Below are positions 17,476-25,993 of a DNA stretch of 31,686 nt, in pieces; within the stretch, counting starts at the first letter, position 1; every line of letters begins with the position of its first letter. Under the pieces are notes generated by a model that was given only the letters and a program-made list of their open reading frames with translations, did no database searches and was not told where the DNA came from. Position numbers and translations under genes: made by a program. Source of the DNA: an uncultured Oscillospiraceae bacterium (GTDB taxonomy: Bacteria; Bacillota; Clostridia; Oscillospirales; Oscillospiraceae); NCBI GenBank assembly GCA_947628975.1, contig CANRBW010000001.1:1-31686 (forward strand). Reading direction: 5' to 3'.

Positions 17476-18317
17476 TGCGGGAGCTTCAGGTATCCCGGCT
17501 CACCGAGCTGGTGGCCCGGCTGTGCGTGGAGGCCAACACCCGTCTGCCCCAGGACCTGTGCCAGGTCATCCGCCAGGCCGGGAGCCGGGAGGAGCGGCCC
17601 CTGGCCAGGGCCATTCTGGGGGACATGGAGGAGAACTTCACCTTCGCCGGGGCGCGGGGTCTGCCCATCTGCCAGGACACGGGGATGGCGGTGGTCTTTC
17701 TCACCGTGGGCCAGGAGGTCCACTTTGTGGGCGGCGGCGTGGAGGAGGCGGTGAACGCCGGGGTGGCCAAGGGCTATGTGGAGGGGCGCCTTCGCTGTTC
17801 TGTGGTGGCGGACCCCCTGCGCCGGCAGAACACCGGGGACAACACCCCCGCCGTCCTCCACCTGCGGCTGGTCCCCGGGGACCGGGTGACGGTCACCGTG
17901 GCCCCCAAGGGCTTCGGCAGCGAGAACATGAGCCGGACGCGGATGTTCACCCCCGCCGCCACCCAGGCGGACGTGGAGGACTTCGTGGTGGAGTGCGTCC
18001 GCCTGGCCGGGTCCAACCCCTGCCCGCCGGTGGTGGTGGGCGTGGGCTTGGGGGGCGACTTCGAGAGCTGCGCCCTGGCCGCCAAGGAGGCCCTGTGCCG
18101 CCCGGTGAGCCTCCGCCACAGCGACCCCTACTACGCCCAGATGGAGCGCCGCCTGCTGGAGCGGCTCAACACCCTGGACATCGGCCCCCAGGGCTTCGGC
18201 GGGGCCACCACCGCCCTGGCGGTGGCCGTGGAGCCCCGGCCCACCCACATCGCCGGCCTGCCCTGCGCGGTGAACATGGGCTGCCACGTCACCCGCCACG
18301 CCTCCGGGGAAATCTGA
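17475..18317 (+). CDS. Class I fumarate hydratase / tartrate dehydratase alpha subunit
   Basis: PICQDTG, DNTPAV, KGFGSEN, NPCPP, GPQGFGG, HIAGLP and CHVTRH motifs; TGATG overlap with the amidohydrolase. Confidence 0.92.
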   Translation: MRELQVSRLTELVARLCVEANTRLPQDLCQVIRQAGSREERPLARAILGDMEENFTFAGARGLPICQDTGMAVVFLTVGQEVHFVGGGVEEAVNAGVAKGYVEGRLRCSVVADPLRRQNTGDNTPAVLHLRLVPGDRVTVTVAPKGFGSENMSRTRMFTPAATQADVEDFVVECVRLAGSNPCPPVVVGVGLGGDFESCALAAKEALCRPVSLRHSDPYYAQMERRLLERLNTLDIGPQGFGGATTALAVAVEPRPTHIAGLPCAVNMGCHVTRHASGEI

Positions 18318-18338
18318 ACAAAAACTTCCAAAAAAGAC

Positions 18339-18367
18339 GTGACTTTTTTGGTGATGTATGGTATGCT
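18339..18367 (+). promoter_or_regulatory. Sigma-A-type promoter for hpf
   Basis: GTGACT-N17-TATGCT with TGn extension. Confidence 0.5.
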
Positions 18368-18416
18368 GGTGGCAAGGGAGAGATCCCCCAGGCTATCACA
18401 AAGGAGTTGACGGAGC

Positions 18417-18956
18417 ATGAAGTTCACCTACACCGATAAGAAGGTCGATCTCCCCGCCAGCGTACACGCCTACGCGGAGAAGAAGGTGGGGAAGCTGGAG
18501 CGGTACTTCAAGCAGGACACGGAGGCCGCCCTGGTCTTCAGCGTCCAGAAGGGCCAGAACCAGGTGGAGCTGACCCTCCGCTCCGGCGGCACCATCATCC
18601 GGGTGTCCGAGTCCACCTCCGATATGTTCGCCACCATCGACGCCGCCGTGGCCTCGGTGGAGCGCCAGATCCGCAAGAACAAGGCCCGGCTGGAAAAGCG
18701 CCTGCGCCAGGAGGCGTTCCAGCCCAGCGCCGAGCCCACGTCCTTCGCCCCGGAGGAGGGGGAGGAGGACCTGGAGATCGTCCGCACCAAGCGCTTCCCC
18801 CTGAAGCCCATGACCGCGGAGGAGGCGGTGCTCCAGATGAACCTGCTGGGCCACGCCTTTTTCGCCTTCCGGGACGTGGACCAGGACAGCGCCTTCTCCG
18901 TGGTGTACCGCCGCGCCGACGGGGGCTACGGCCTGATCCAGGACCGGGTGGACTGA
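18417..18956 (+). CDS. hpf: Ribosome hibernation promoting factor, long form (RaiA/HPF)
   Basis: YAEKKVGKLERYF, SDMFATIDAAVASVERQIRKNK and a C-terminal KPMTAEEAVLQMNLLGHAFFAF...YRRADGGYGLI dimerisation domain. Confidence 0.95.
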   Translation: MKFTYTDKKVDLPASVHAYAEKKVGKLERYFKQDTEAALVFSVQKGQNQVELTLRSGGTIIRVSESTSDMFATIDAAVASVERQIRKNKARLEKRLRQEAFQPSAEPTSFAPEEGEEDLEIVRTKRFPLKPMTAEEAVLQMNLLGHAFFAFRDVDQDSAFSVVYRRADGGYGLIQDRVD

Positions 18957-18972
18957 CCCGCACCGCCGCGTG

Positions 18973-18998
18973 ACCGGGGCTTCGGCCCCGGTTTTTTT
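18973..18998 (+). terminator. Intrinsic terminator
   Basis: ACCGGGGC-TTCG-GCCCCGGT followed by a T-run. Confidence 0.85.
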
Positions 18999-19026
18999 CG
19001 GTCTGGGGCGGAGGGAAAAGAATTCC

Positions 19027-19055
19027 TTGTAATCCGCGGGGGAATAGGCTATAAT
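19027..19055 (+). promoter_or_regulatory. Sigma-A-type promoter for glf-GT2
   Basis: TTGTAA-N17-TATAAT. Confidence 0.65.
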
Positions 19056-19149
19056 GTCAGAGGGCCGGGTCCTGCCCGGCCCTTTTCCGCGAGAAGAACC
19101 GCGGGCTCCGCCCTCCGGCGGCCGCGGGATGGAGTCAGGAGAGACGGGA

Positions 19150-20328
19150 ATGGCACAGTTTGACGCAGTAGTCATCGGCGCGGGCTTCGCCGGGGCGGTG
19201 GTGAGCCGGGTCCTGGCGGACGCGGGCCGACGGGTCGCCCTGCTGGAGCGGCGGGACCATATCGGCGGCAACGCCTACGACCACATCGACGACGCCGGGG
19301 TCCTGGTCCACAAGTACGGCCCCCACATCTTCCACACCGGGGACCGGCGGGTCTACGACTACCTCAGCCGCTTCACCGCCTGGCGGGACTATCAGCACCG
19401 GGTGGTGGCCAACGTCCACGGCCGGCTCATGCCGGTGCCCTTCAACCTCACCAGTCTGGACATCGCCTTCGGCGACCGGGCCCCCGACCTCGCCCGGCGG
19501 CTGACGGCGGCCTACGGCGAGGGGGCGAAGGTCACCATCCTGGACCTGCGCCGGAGCCGGGACCCGGAGCTGGCCCAGCTGGCCGACTACGTCTACGAGA
19601 ACATCTTCAAGACCTACACCGTGAAGCAGTGGGGCCAGGCCCCGGAGGACATCGACCCCGCCACCACCGCCAGGGTGCCGGTCTTCCTCTCCCGGGACGA
19701 CCGGTATTTCCAGGACCCCTGGCAGGGGATGCCCCAGGAGGGCTACACCAGCCTCTTTGAGCGGATGCTGGACCACCCCAACATCACCCTGCGCCTGAAC
19801 ACCGACGCGCTGCGGGTGCTGACCCTGACCCAGGTGGGGACCACCCTGGTGGACGGGGCGGTGTTCAAGGGCCCCATCGTCTACACCGGCGCGGTGGACG
19901 ACCTCTTCGAGCGGCGCTTCGGCCGCCTGCCCTACCGCACCCTGGACTTCGTGTTCGAGACCCACCCGGTGGAGTGGTACCAGACCCACGGCACGGTGAA
20001 CTACACCGTGGACCAGGACTACACCCGCATCACCGAGTTCAAGCACCTCACCGGCCAGGAGCTGGCCAAGAAGACCACCATCGTCAAGGAGTTCTCCAAG
20101 GCGTACACCGGCCAGGACGGGGAGATCCCCTACTACGCCGTCATCACCCCGGACAGCCGCGCCCTGTACGACCGCTACGCCGCCCTGGCGGGGGAGTACG
20201 GCAACCTGCGCCTGCTGGGCCGCCTGGCCGAGTATCAGTACTACAATATGGACGCCATCGTGGGCCGGGCGCTGGACCTGGGCCAGGAGCTGGTCCGGGC
20301 GCTGGACCGGGAGATGGGGAAAGGATGA
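19150..20328 (+). CDS. glf: UDP-galactopyranose mutase
   Basis: VIGAGFAG, HIGGNAYD, HKYGPHIFHT, KQWG, RLPYRTLDF, TRITEFKH, GRLAEYQYYNMD. Confidence 0.96.
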   Translation: MAQFDAVVIGAGFAGAVVSRVLADAGRRVALLERRDHIGGNAYDHIDDAGVLVHKYGPHIFHTGDRRVYDYLSRFTAWRDYQHRVVANVHGRLMPVPFNLTSLDIAFGDRAPDLARRLTAAYGEGAKVTILDLRRSRDPELAQLADYVYENIFKTYTVKQWGQAPEDIDPATTARVPVFLSRDDRYFQDPWQGMPQEGYTSLFERMLDHPNITLRLNTDALRVLTLTQVGTTLVDGAVFKGPIVYTGAVDDLFERRFGRLPYRTLDFVFETHPVEWYQTHGTVNYTVDQDYTRITEFKHLTGQELAKKTTIVKEFSKAYTGQDGEIPYYAVITPDSRALYDRYAALAGEYGNLRLLGRLAEYQYYNMDAIVGRALDLGQELVRALDREMGKG

Positions 20329-20335
20329 GAGCGAG

Positions 20336-21355
20336 ATGGCAGATAAGCTGATCACCTTCGCGGTGCCCTGCTACAATTCGGCGGAGTATATGGACCACTG
20401 TATCCAGACCCTGCTCACCGGTGGGGAGGACGTGGAGATCATCCTGGTGGACGACGGCTCCACCAAGGACGACACCCCCGCCATCTGCGACCGCTACGCC
20501 CAGGACTACCCCGACGTGGTCCGGGTCATCCACCAGGACAACGGCGGCCACGGCGAGGGGGTCAACCAGGGCGTCCGCCACGCCACGGGGGCCTATTACA
20601 AGGTGGTGGACTCCGACGACTGGCTGGACGAGGCGGCGCTGGCCCAGGTGCTGGACAAGCTCCGGGAGTTCGTGGCCAAGGGCCACCCCCTGGACCTGAT
20701 GATCGCCAACTACGTCTACGAGCACGTGGCGGACCAGACCCAGAAGGTGATGGACTACAAGAACGTCTTCCCCGTGGGCCGGGTCTTCACCTGGAAGGAG
20801 GTGGGCCATTTCGGCGTGAGCCAGTACCTGCTGATGCACTCGGTGATCTACCGCACCCAGCTGCTCCGGGACTGCGGCCTGTCGCTGCCCAAGCACACCT
20901 TCTATGTGGACAACATCTTCGTCTACCAGCCCCTGCCCTTTGTCAAGACCCTCTACTACATGGACGTGGACCTCTACCGCTACTTCATCGGCCGGGCGGA
21001 CCAGTCGGTCCAGCAGGACGTGATGGTGGGCAGGGTGGACCAGCAGGTGCGGGTCACCCGCGCCATTATCGACGCCCACGACCTGGTCGCCCTGAAGGAG
21101 AAGAACCCCCGGCTGGCCAAGTATATGTTCAACTACCTTTCCATGATGATGACCATCTCCTCGGTCTTCCTCATGCTGGACGGCTCGCCGGAGAAGATGC
21201 TGGAGAAGGACGAGTTGTGGGCCTATCTGAAAAAGCGCGCCCCCAAGATCTACCGCAAGGTGAAGTACGCCTCCCTGGCCATGTGCGGCGGCTTCCCCCG
21301 GTGGGTGACGATCACCGGTTACCGTCTGGCCAGGAAGGTTTACAAGTTCAACTGA
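20336..21355 (+). CDS. Glycosyltransferase family 2
   Basis: TFAVPCYNS, ILVDDGS, NGGHGEGVN, VVDSDD (DxD), YRYFIGRADQS. Confidence 0.93.
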   Translation: MADKLITFAVPCYNSAEYMDHCIQTLLTGGEDVEIILVDDGSTKDDTPAICDRYAQDYPDVVRVIHQDNGGHGEGVNQGVRHATGAYYKVVDSDDWLDEAALAQVLDKLREFVAKGHPLDLMIANYVYEHVADQTQKVMDYKNVFPVGRVFTWKEVGHFGVSQYLLMHSVIYRTQLLRDCGLSLPKHTFYVDNIFVYQPLPFVKTLYYMDVDLYRYFIGRADQSVQQDVMVGRVDQQVRVTRAIIDAHDLVALKEKNPRLAKYMFNYLSMMMTISSVFLMLDGSPEKMLEKDELWAYLKKRAPKIYRKVKYASLAMCGGFPRWVTITGYRLARKVYKFN

Positions 21356-21359
21356 TCCC

Positions 21360-21388
21360 GCGGGCGGCGCCGGCCGCCCGCTTTTTTT
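21360..21388 (+). terminator. Intrinsic terminator of glf-GT2
   Basis: GCGGGCGGC-GCCG-GCCGCCCGC followed by T7. Confidence 0.85.
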
Positions 21389-21398
21389 GCCCGGCGAC

Positions 21399-21434
21399 AA
21401 AAAACCCGGCCCGAAGCAAAGCTCCAGACCGGGA
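21399..21434 (-). terminator. Probable original tRNA-Val terminator, displaced by the island
   Basis: Minus strand CCCGGTCTGGAGC-TTT-GCTTCGGGCCGGG followed by a T-run, immediately 3' of the duplicated tRNA end. Confidence 0.6.
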
Positions 21435-21480
21435 TTGGTGGACGATACAGGACTTGAACCTGTGACCTCCCGCACGTCAA
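21435..21480 (-). repeat. Attachment-site repeat: 3' half of tRNA-Val, anticodon loop to CCA
   Basis: 46 bp identical to 27576-27621: TTGGTGGACGATACAGGACTTGAACCTGTGACCTCCCGCACGTCAA. Confidence 0.97.
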
Positions 21481-21592
21481 CGGCGTTTTCATATTTTTTG
21501 TAATATTTTTGGCTCTTTATAGTTGTTTCTGCTCCATTCCACTTGCTTTCCAGAACTTTCTGGTGGTGGGCTGTCCGCTGTTTCCCCGCCGC

Positions 21593-21623
21593 TCTGTGGC
21601 AGGTTATGTGGTCAGAAAAGCCG
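21593..21623 (+). promoter_or_regulatory. Candidate integrase arm-type sites, left end
   Basis: TCTGTGGCAGGTTATGTGGTCAGAAAAGCCG, a degenerate direct repeat of 27479-27512. Confidence 0.5.
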
Positions 21624-21744
21624 AGCCCATCCACGGCGCGAGCCACAAACGGGCGTCGGCTTTCTCTTTTCGCCCCACCCATCACGCCCTCAGTTGATAC
21701 GCCTTATCAAAGAGACAAACTTCTATCCCCAACGTTCCTGTCTG

Positions 21745-22791
21745 TTACGCTTTGATATATCTCGCCGTCCGCGGAGGGCCGAGCCGTTTGATCGCGCCGC
21801 TTCGGACCATCTCCCCCAGCACGGCCTCCACCGTCGTGGGGCTGACGTCCGGGAGGATCTGGCAGATCTCCGCCTTGGAGAGGGGCGTCAGGCTGTTGAG
21901 GACGGTGGCCTCCACCCGGGCCTTTTTGGTGATCCGCTTCCCGCTGACCACCGCAAACCGCTTGTCCAGCTCCTGATAGCACAGATAGAGCGTGGAGAGG
22001 AAATTCTCCATAAACGGGAAGTAGCTGTTTTCGTTCGTGTCCCAGCCTTCGGAGGACTGCCGCAGGGCCTCATAGTAATAGGCTTTGTGGTGGTTGATCT
22101 GTTCCTCGAAGGACACATACTTTCCGGCGTCGTAGCCATTTTTGTAAAGGAGTAGCAGGGACAGCAGCCGGGACATTCTGCCGTTGCCATCCCGGAAGGG
22201 GTGGATGCACAGGAAATCCAGGATCACGCAGGGGATCAGCAGGAGTTGATTGACATTCGCGTCGTCCCGCGCCGCCAGGTAGGCCAGCTCCAGCTGTTCC
22301 ATGGCCTTCGGCGTGTCTGCGGCGGAAACCGGGCGGAACCGCACATGGCGGTTTCCGTCCGCGTCCACTTCCAGGATCACGTTGTCGTCCGCCTTGTACT
22401 GCCCGCCGTACTCGTAGCCCGCGAGGGACATCATGATCTCATGCAGACGGAGGATGTCGCTCTCCCGGAAGTCGATGTGGGCAAAGTCCAGGTGGATCGC
22501 ATTCAGCGCGTCCCGGTATCCGGCGATCTCCGCCTCATTATGGTTGAGCGGCGCGCTGTTCTGGTTGACGATGGCGGCGATACGCTCGTCGCTGGTGACG
22601 ATCCCCTCAATGGCGTTGGAGCTCTTGATGGACTGCACTTTGGCGACGGCCTCCAACTCCGTAAAGATTTGCGCGTATGCCCCCTTGCGGACGCCCGCCA
22701 TGGTCTTGAGCGCCGAAATATTCGCGGTCAAATTCACAAGGCCGGCCGGCAACAGCCCGTTATTCAAAAAAGAGTAATCAAACCTTCGCAT
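21745..22791 (-). CDS. Fic family protein (class II-type) with C-terminal HTH
   Basis: Canonical HPFRDGNGRMSR; N-terminal inhibitory SNAIEG (S/TxxxEG/N); C-terminal LSKAEICQILPDVSPTTVEAVLGEM. ATG 22791. Confidence 0.93.
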   Translation of the reverse strand: MRRFDYSFLNNGLLPAGLVNLTANISALKTMAGVRKGAYAQIFTELEAVAKVQSIKSSNAIEGIVTSDERIAAIVNQNSAPLNHNEAEIAGYRDALNAIHLDFAHIDFRESDILRLHEIMMSLAGYEYGGQYKADDNVILEVDADGNRHVRFRPVSAADTPKAMEQLELAYLAARDDANVNQLLLIPCVILDFLCIHPFRDGNGRMSRLLSLLLLYKNGYDAGKYVSFEEQINHHKAYYYEALRQSSEGWDTNENSYFPFMENFLSTLYLCYQELDKRFAVVSGKRITKKARVEATVLNSLTPLSKAEICQILPDVSPTTVEAVLGEMVRSGAIKRLGPPRTARYIKA

Positions 22792-22816
22792 GGACCGCCC
22801 CCCATTTCTGCACATT

Positions 22817-22845
22817 ATTATAGCCATATATATGCAGAAAGTCAA
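22817..22845 (-). promoter_or_regulatory. Near-consensus promoter of the Fic gene with flanking repeats
   Basis: Minus strand TTGACT-N17-TATAAT; TTTCTGCA(C/T)AT at 22805-22815, 22860-22870 and inverted at 22830-22840. Confidence 0.7.
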
Positions 22846-22881
22846 GCAAACCTCGGTCGTTTCTGCACATAGTTATTTCAA

Positions 22882-23412
22882 TTATATGATATCATTCCAT
22901 ACAGAAACATTTTGTACGCCAAATTGCCTGTCTCCCGCACTTACTACGGTACCGTCATAGCGCAAACCCAAGGTATTCACAGGACCTACTGCAATGGCTA
23001 CTATTCCATTCCAGTCCTCTACATCACACTGACCAACTTTATTATCCCCTGTGGCTACAACTGTTCCGTCCGAGCGTAAACCAACTGTGAATTCACTATT
23101 TGCGGCAATCGCCACAATATCTGTCCAGCCTTCCACGTTGCTTTGACCATAGTCCATCTCACTTGGCACTGAAGTCGCAATGACTGTACCATCTTTTCGT
23201 AGACCAACAACATGAGCTTCGCCTGCTGCTAAGGCAACGATATCTGTCCAGCCTGCTACTTCGCTGATATTGTAGTTAAAATAGATTTCCTCCGGGTCCT
23301 CCGTATATACCACAGTGCCGTCTGCCCGCAATCCGTAAGTATGATAGGGACTCGCACATATGTCGACAATATCCGTCCAGCCACTTACGTTACACAGGTC
23401 GAAGCGGTCGAC
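22882..23412 (-). pseudogene. 5'-truncated RCC1/BLIP-II-like repeat protein
   Basis: Four to five repeats of W[TN]DIVAIAAG..H.VGLR.DGTVVA.G.N..GQC.V. The frame stays open upstream of the called TTG (…DLCNVSGWTDIVDICASPYHTYGL) up to TGA at 23428-23430; no RBS or start was found. Confidence 0.75.
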
Positions 23413-23595
23413 TCGGGGAACGGTTTGTCAAGAGGTTTTTGCGAGATTGTCTAAATTAAATTTTTGAGCGGTGGAAAAACCGCCTAAAATCTCCTGCTTG
23501 CAGATGTCAAAAAGCGCCTTTTCAAGCGGTTTTTTCGCCTTTTCAGCCTGTTTCACGCAGACGAATAAGTTGTTTTTCCAAGTCGTAATTCATAG

Positions 23596-23826
23596 CTTGT
23601 ATCCATTAAGGACAGAACTGTAGTATATATTTCGCTTAGTGCGGAAGGCAACGGAACGAAGGAAGCTCCTTACGAAATTGATAATGCCGACAAGCTTGCC
23701 CTTTTTGCCGAATTGGTAAATACCGGATGTACAAGCATTTGCGGTAAGGTTGTTGCGGATATTGATTTTTCCGAGCATTCAAATCAAGGTGTTATGATAG
23801 GAACTCAGATAGGCTATACCGCTTAG
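23596..23826 (+). pseudogene. Fragment of a GLUG/ZmpB-type surface-protein repeat
   Basis: Manual translation between stops: ...SAEGNGTKEAPYEIDNADKLALFAELVNTGCTSICGKVVADIDFS... resembles the GxGTxxxPYxIxxAxxL...VN.G...L.ADIDL motif. No start codon. Confidence 0.55.
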
Positions 23827-23962
23827 AAATTGATACGCTATGACAAAGAATAAGGCCGCGGGCGGGGTGGCTGGACCGCCGGCGGCCTTGGTTTATGCCC
23901 TGTTCAATTTCTGTGCTGATCGCTCTACCATAACGATTTTCTGGCCCGCCCATTCCGTCCGC

Positions 23963-23991
23963 TTTACAATTCCGCACCCTGTCTGTATACT
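23963..23991 (+). promoter_or_regulatory. Sigma-A-type promoter for the DUF1653-like/HTH gene
   Basis: TTTACA-N17-TATACT, 25 nt before the ATG; RBS GGTGAGG. Confidence 0.6.
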
Positions 23992-24016
23992 AAGGGTACA
24001 GTCGGGGGGTGAGGGG

Positions 24017-24715
24017 ATGGCGGAGAGGCGGATCTGCGCCGGGTACTACAAGCGGTACGACGGCAAGGTGATCTATGTTGTCACCACGGCAAAGGACGCG
24101 GACACCGGCGAGGAAACCGTGATCTGGACGCCGTCTCTCTACGCCGACGCCCGCCAATATTTCACCATGAGCAAAAAGTCCTTCTGCGGGGATGTTGAGG
24201 TGGACGGGAAACGCCAGGCCAAGTTCAAACGGCAGACCTCTATGCGGCTCTCCGACGCCGCGGCCGAACGGTATGAGGAGGAGGGGCTTCGCGGGCCGGT
24301 GCGGAAAAGGTATTCCGCCCCGGTGGATGGATACGACGCATGGGAACAGCCCCGCCCGCGAACCTACTACGAATACGCAAAGGCCCTGTGCGAGGGCTGC
24401 CGTCTCGGCCTACGAAAGTATCAACTCTGCGTTTCAGAGAAGAAGTACATCGCGATCTCAAAAAAGGACTTCCTCGCCTTGGAGCAGGACCTCCGCTTCC
24501 TGAACACCTGCGTAAAGACGGTGCTGAAGGACTACGCCGGATATTTTGACGAGCGGTTCATCCAAGGGCTATCCATCCGCAGGTATGCCCAAGCGCACAG
24601 CCTCAACCGCGGGAGCGTGGATCACCTGCAAAGGAAGTTTTTCACGGCGCTGGCCGCCGTACTAAAGGAGCGGGATGAGGCGGAGGGGACGAGCCGCCTC
24701 CTGCCGGAGAAATAA
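24017..24715 (+). CDS. Hypothetical protein: DUF1653-like N-terminal domain and sigma-70-region-4-like HTH C-terminus
   Basis: GYYKRYDGKVIYVVTTAKDADTGEETVIW resembles DUF1653; FIQGLSIRRYAQAHSLNRGSVDHLQRK resembles an HTH. ATG 24017. Confidence 0.6.
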   Translation: MAERRICAGYYKRYDGKVIYVVTTAKDADTGEETVIWTPSLYADARQYFTMSKKSFCGDVEVDGKRQAKFKRQTSMRLSDAAAERYEEEGLRGPVRKRYSAPVDGYDAWEQPRPRTYYEYAKALCEGCRLGLRKYQLCVSEKKYIAISKKDFLALEQDLRFLNTCVKTVLKDYAGYFDERFIQGLSIRRYAQAHSLNRGSVDHLQRKFFTALAAVLKERDEAEGTSRLLPEK

Positions 24716-24727
24716 CAGAAGAAGGAG

Positions 24728-24765
24728 AAGCGAGCGTCTGCCGGCAAGGCAGGCGCTCGCTTTTT
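24728..24765 (+). terminator. Terminator between the HTH gene and the integrases
   Basis: AAGCGAGCGTCTGCC-GGCAA-GGCAGGCGCTCGCTT followed by TTT. Confidence 0.75.
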
Positions 24766-24829
24766 ATGTCAGGACTATGTCAGCCGGGAAATATATCCGG
24801 ATCAGTAGTGGGGGGAATTTTAGACTACG

Positions 24830-25982
24830 ATGGCAAAACGCAGACCCTCCGGGGACGGCATGGTCCGCAAGCGTGACGATGGCCGCTGGGAGGGGCGCAT
24901 CGTGGTAGGGCACAAGGAAAATGGCGGCCCCATCTTCCGCTACATCTACGCCGCCACCCAAAAAGAGCTGACCGCCAAGCTGCGGCAGAACATTGACGCC
25001 TACCAGGGCGTAGACCTCTCCGAGCGGAGCGGGATGACCTTTGGAGCGTGGCTGGACAGGTGGTTGGATGAGCGCATGACGGGCGCCATCCGCAGCCACA
25101 CTCTGGACGGCTACCGGCAGAGTATCAAGAACCATGTCAAGCCCTACTTGGGTCAGAAGCCGCTGGCAAAAATCACGCCAGATGATTTAAGAAACCTGTA
25201 CGATCATCTTTTGGAGCGCGGCAGGATCGGGAAGCGTTCCGGGTGCGGCCCCGGCCTTGCGCCGACCACTGTCCACGACATCCATACCATTCTCCACCAC
25301 GCGCTGAAAGCGGCGGCAGAAGAGGGCCTTCTGCCCGCCAACCCCGCGGACAAGGTGATCCCGCCCAAAGTGGCAAATCAGCCCAAGGGCATCCTGAACA
25401 ACGCCCAGCTGGATACGCTGATGGCGACCATACGCAAGGACGAACTCTGGCACGATTTCTTCTACACAGAGTTGACCACCGGCCTGCGCCGGGGAGAACT
25501 ATGCGGCCTTAGATGGGAGGACTTCGACAGCGAGACAGGAACTCTGAATGTGTGCCGTACCATCCGGGTCGGAAAGGGAGGCGCGCGAACGGCGGGAGAC
25601 ACCAAGACCTTCGCCGGGACGCGCGCCATTCTGCTTCCGCACAGTACAGCGCAACTTCTGCGGGAGAGAAAAGCCTCCGCGTTGACAGAATGGATCTTCC
25701 CCGATCCCCTCAAGCCGGAACGCCCCACCAATCCCAACAGCGCCTACCGCCAGTTGAAGAAACTTTTGGCCGAGGCGGGGCTGCCCGACATCCGCTTCCA
25801 CGATCTCCGGCACACCTTCGCCAACCCATGCCTTGGCCGGAGGAGTAGACGCCAAGACCCTCTCCGGCATCCTGGGCCACACCAAGGCCAGCTTCACGCT
25901 GGACACCTACGCCCACGTTACCGGCGATATGCAGAGGCACGCGGCAAAAATCGTGGGCGGTTTTATAGCGGACATTTTGTAG
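24830..25982 (+). pseudogene. Tyrosine integrase 1, frameshifted by an extra A at 25823-25824
   Basis: Arm-binding-like N-terminus, TGLRRGEL, DTKT, FHDLRHTF. Removing one A restores ATHALAGGVDAKTLSGILGHTKASFTLDTY...DIL* (383 aa, TAG 25980-25982). As read, it continues in frame into integrase 2 (860-aa ORF). Confidence 0.88.
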
Positions 25983-25993
25983 GAGGCGAAAGG

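Noticed and set aside
18318-18416. raiA-motif ncRNA upstream of hpf/raiA
   Set aside because: The gap is only ~100 nt and is filled by a promoter and RBS; too short and not structured enough.
21435-21480. Second tRNA-Val gene
   Set aside because: Only the anticodon loop to CCA is present; there is no D-arm or 5' acceptor strand. It is an att repeat.
146-21685. Many long alternative ORFs (e.g. 146-1255+, 1371-3695+, 3747-5129-, 5386-8481-, 8478-9767-, 14073-15998+, 16012-17253-, 16893-18299-, 19135-20355-, 20144-21685-)
   Set aside because: Shadow frames of real genes in high-GC DNA: antisense or frame-shifted, Gly/Pro/Arg/Ala-rich, no motifs or RBS.
23840-24016. N-terminal 59 aa of the 291-aa ORF
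   Set aside because: It spans a promoter and hairpin; the RBS supports ATG 24017.
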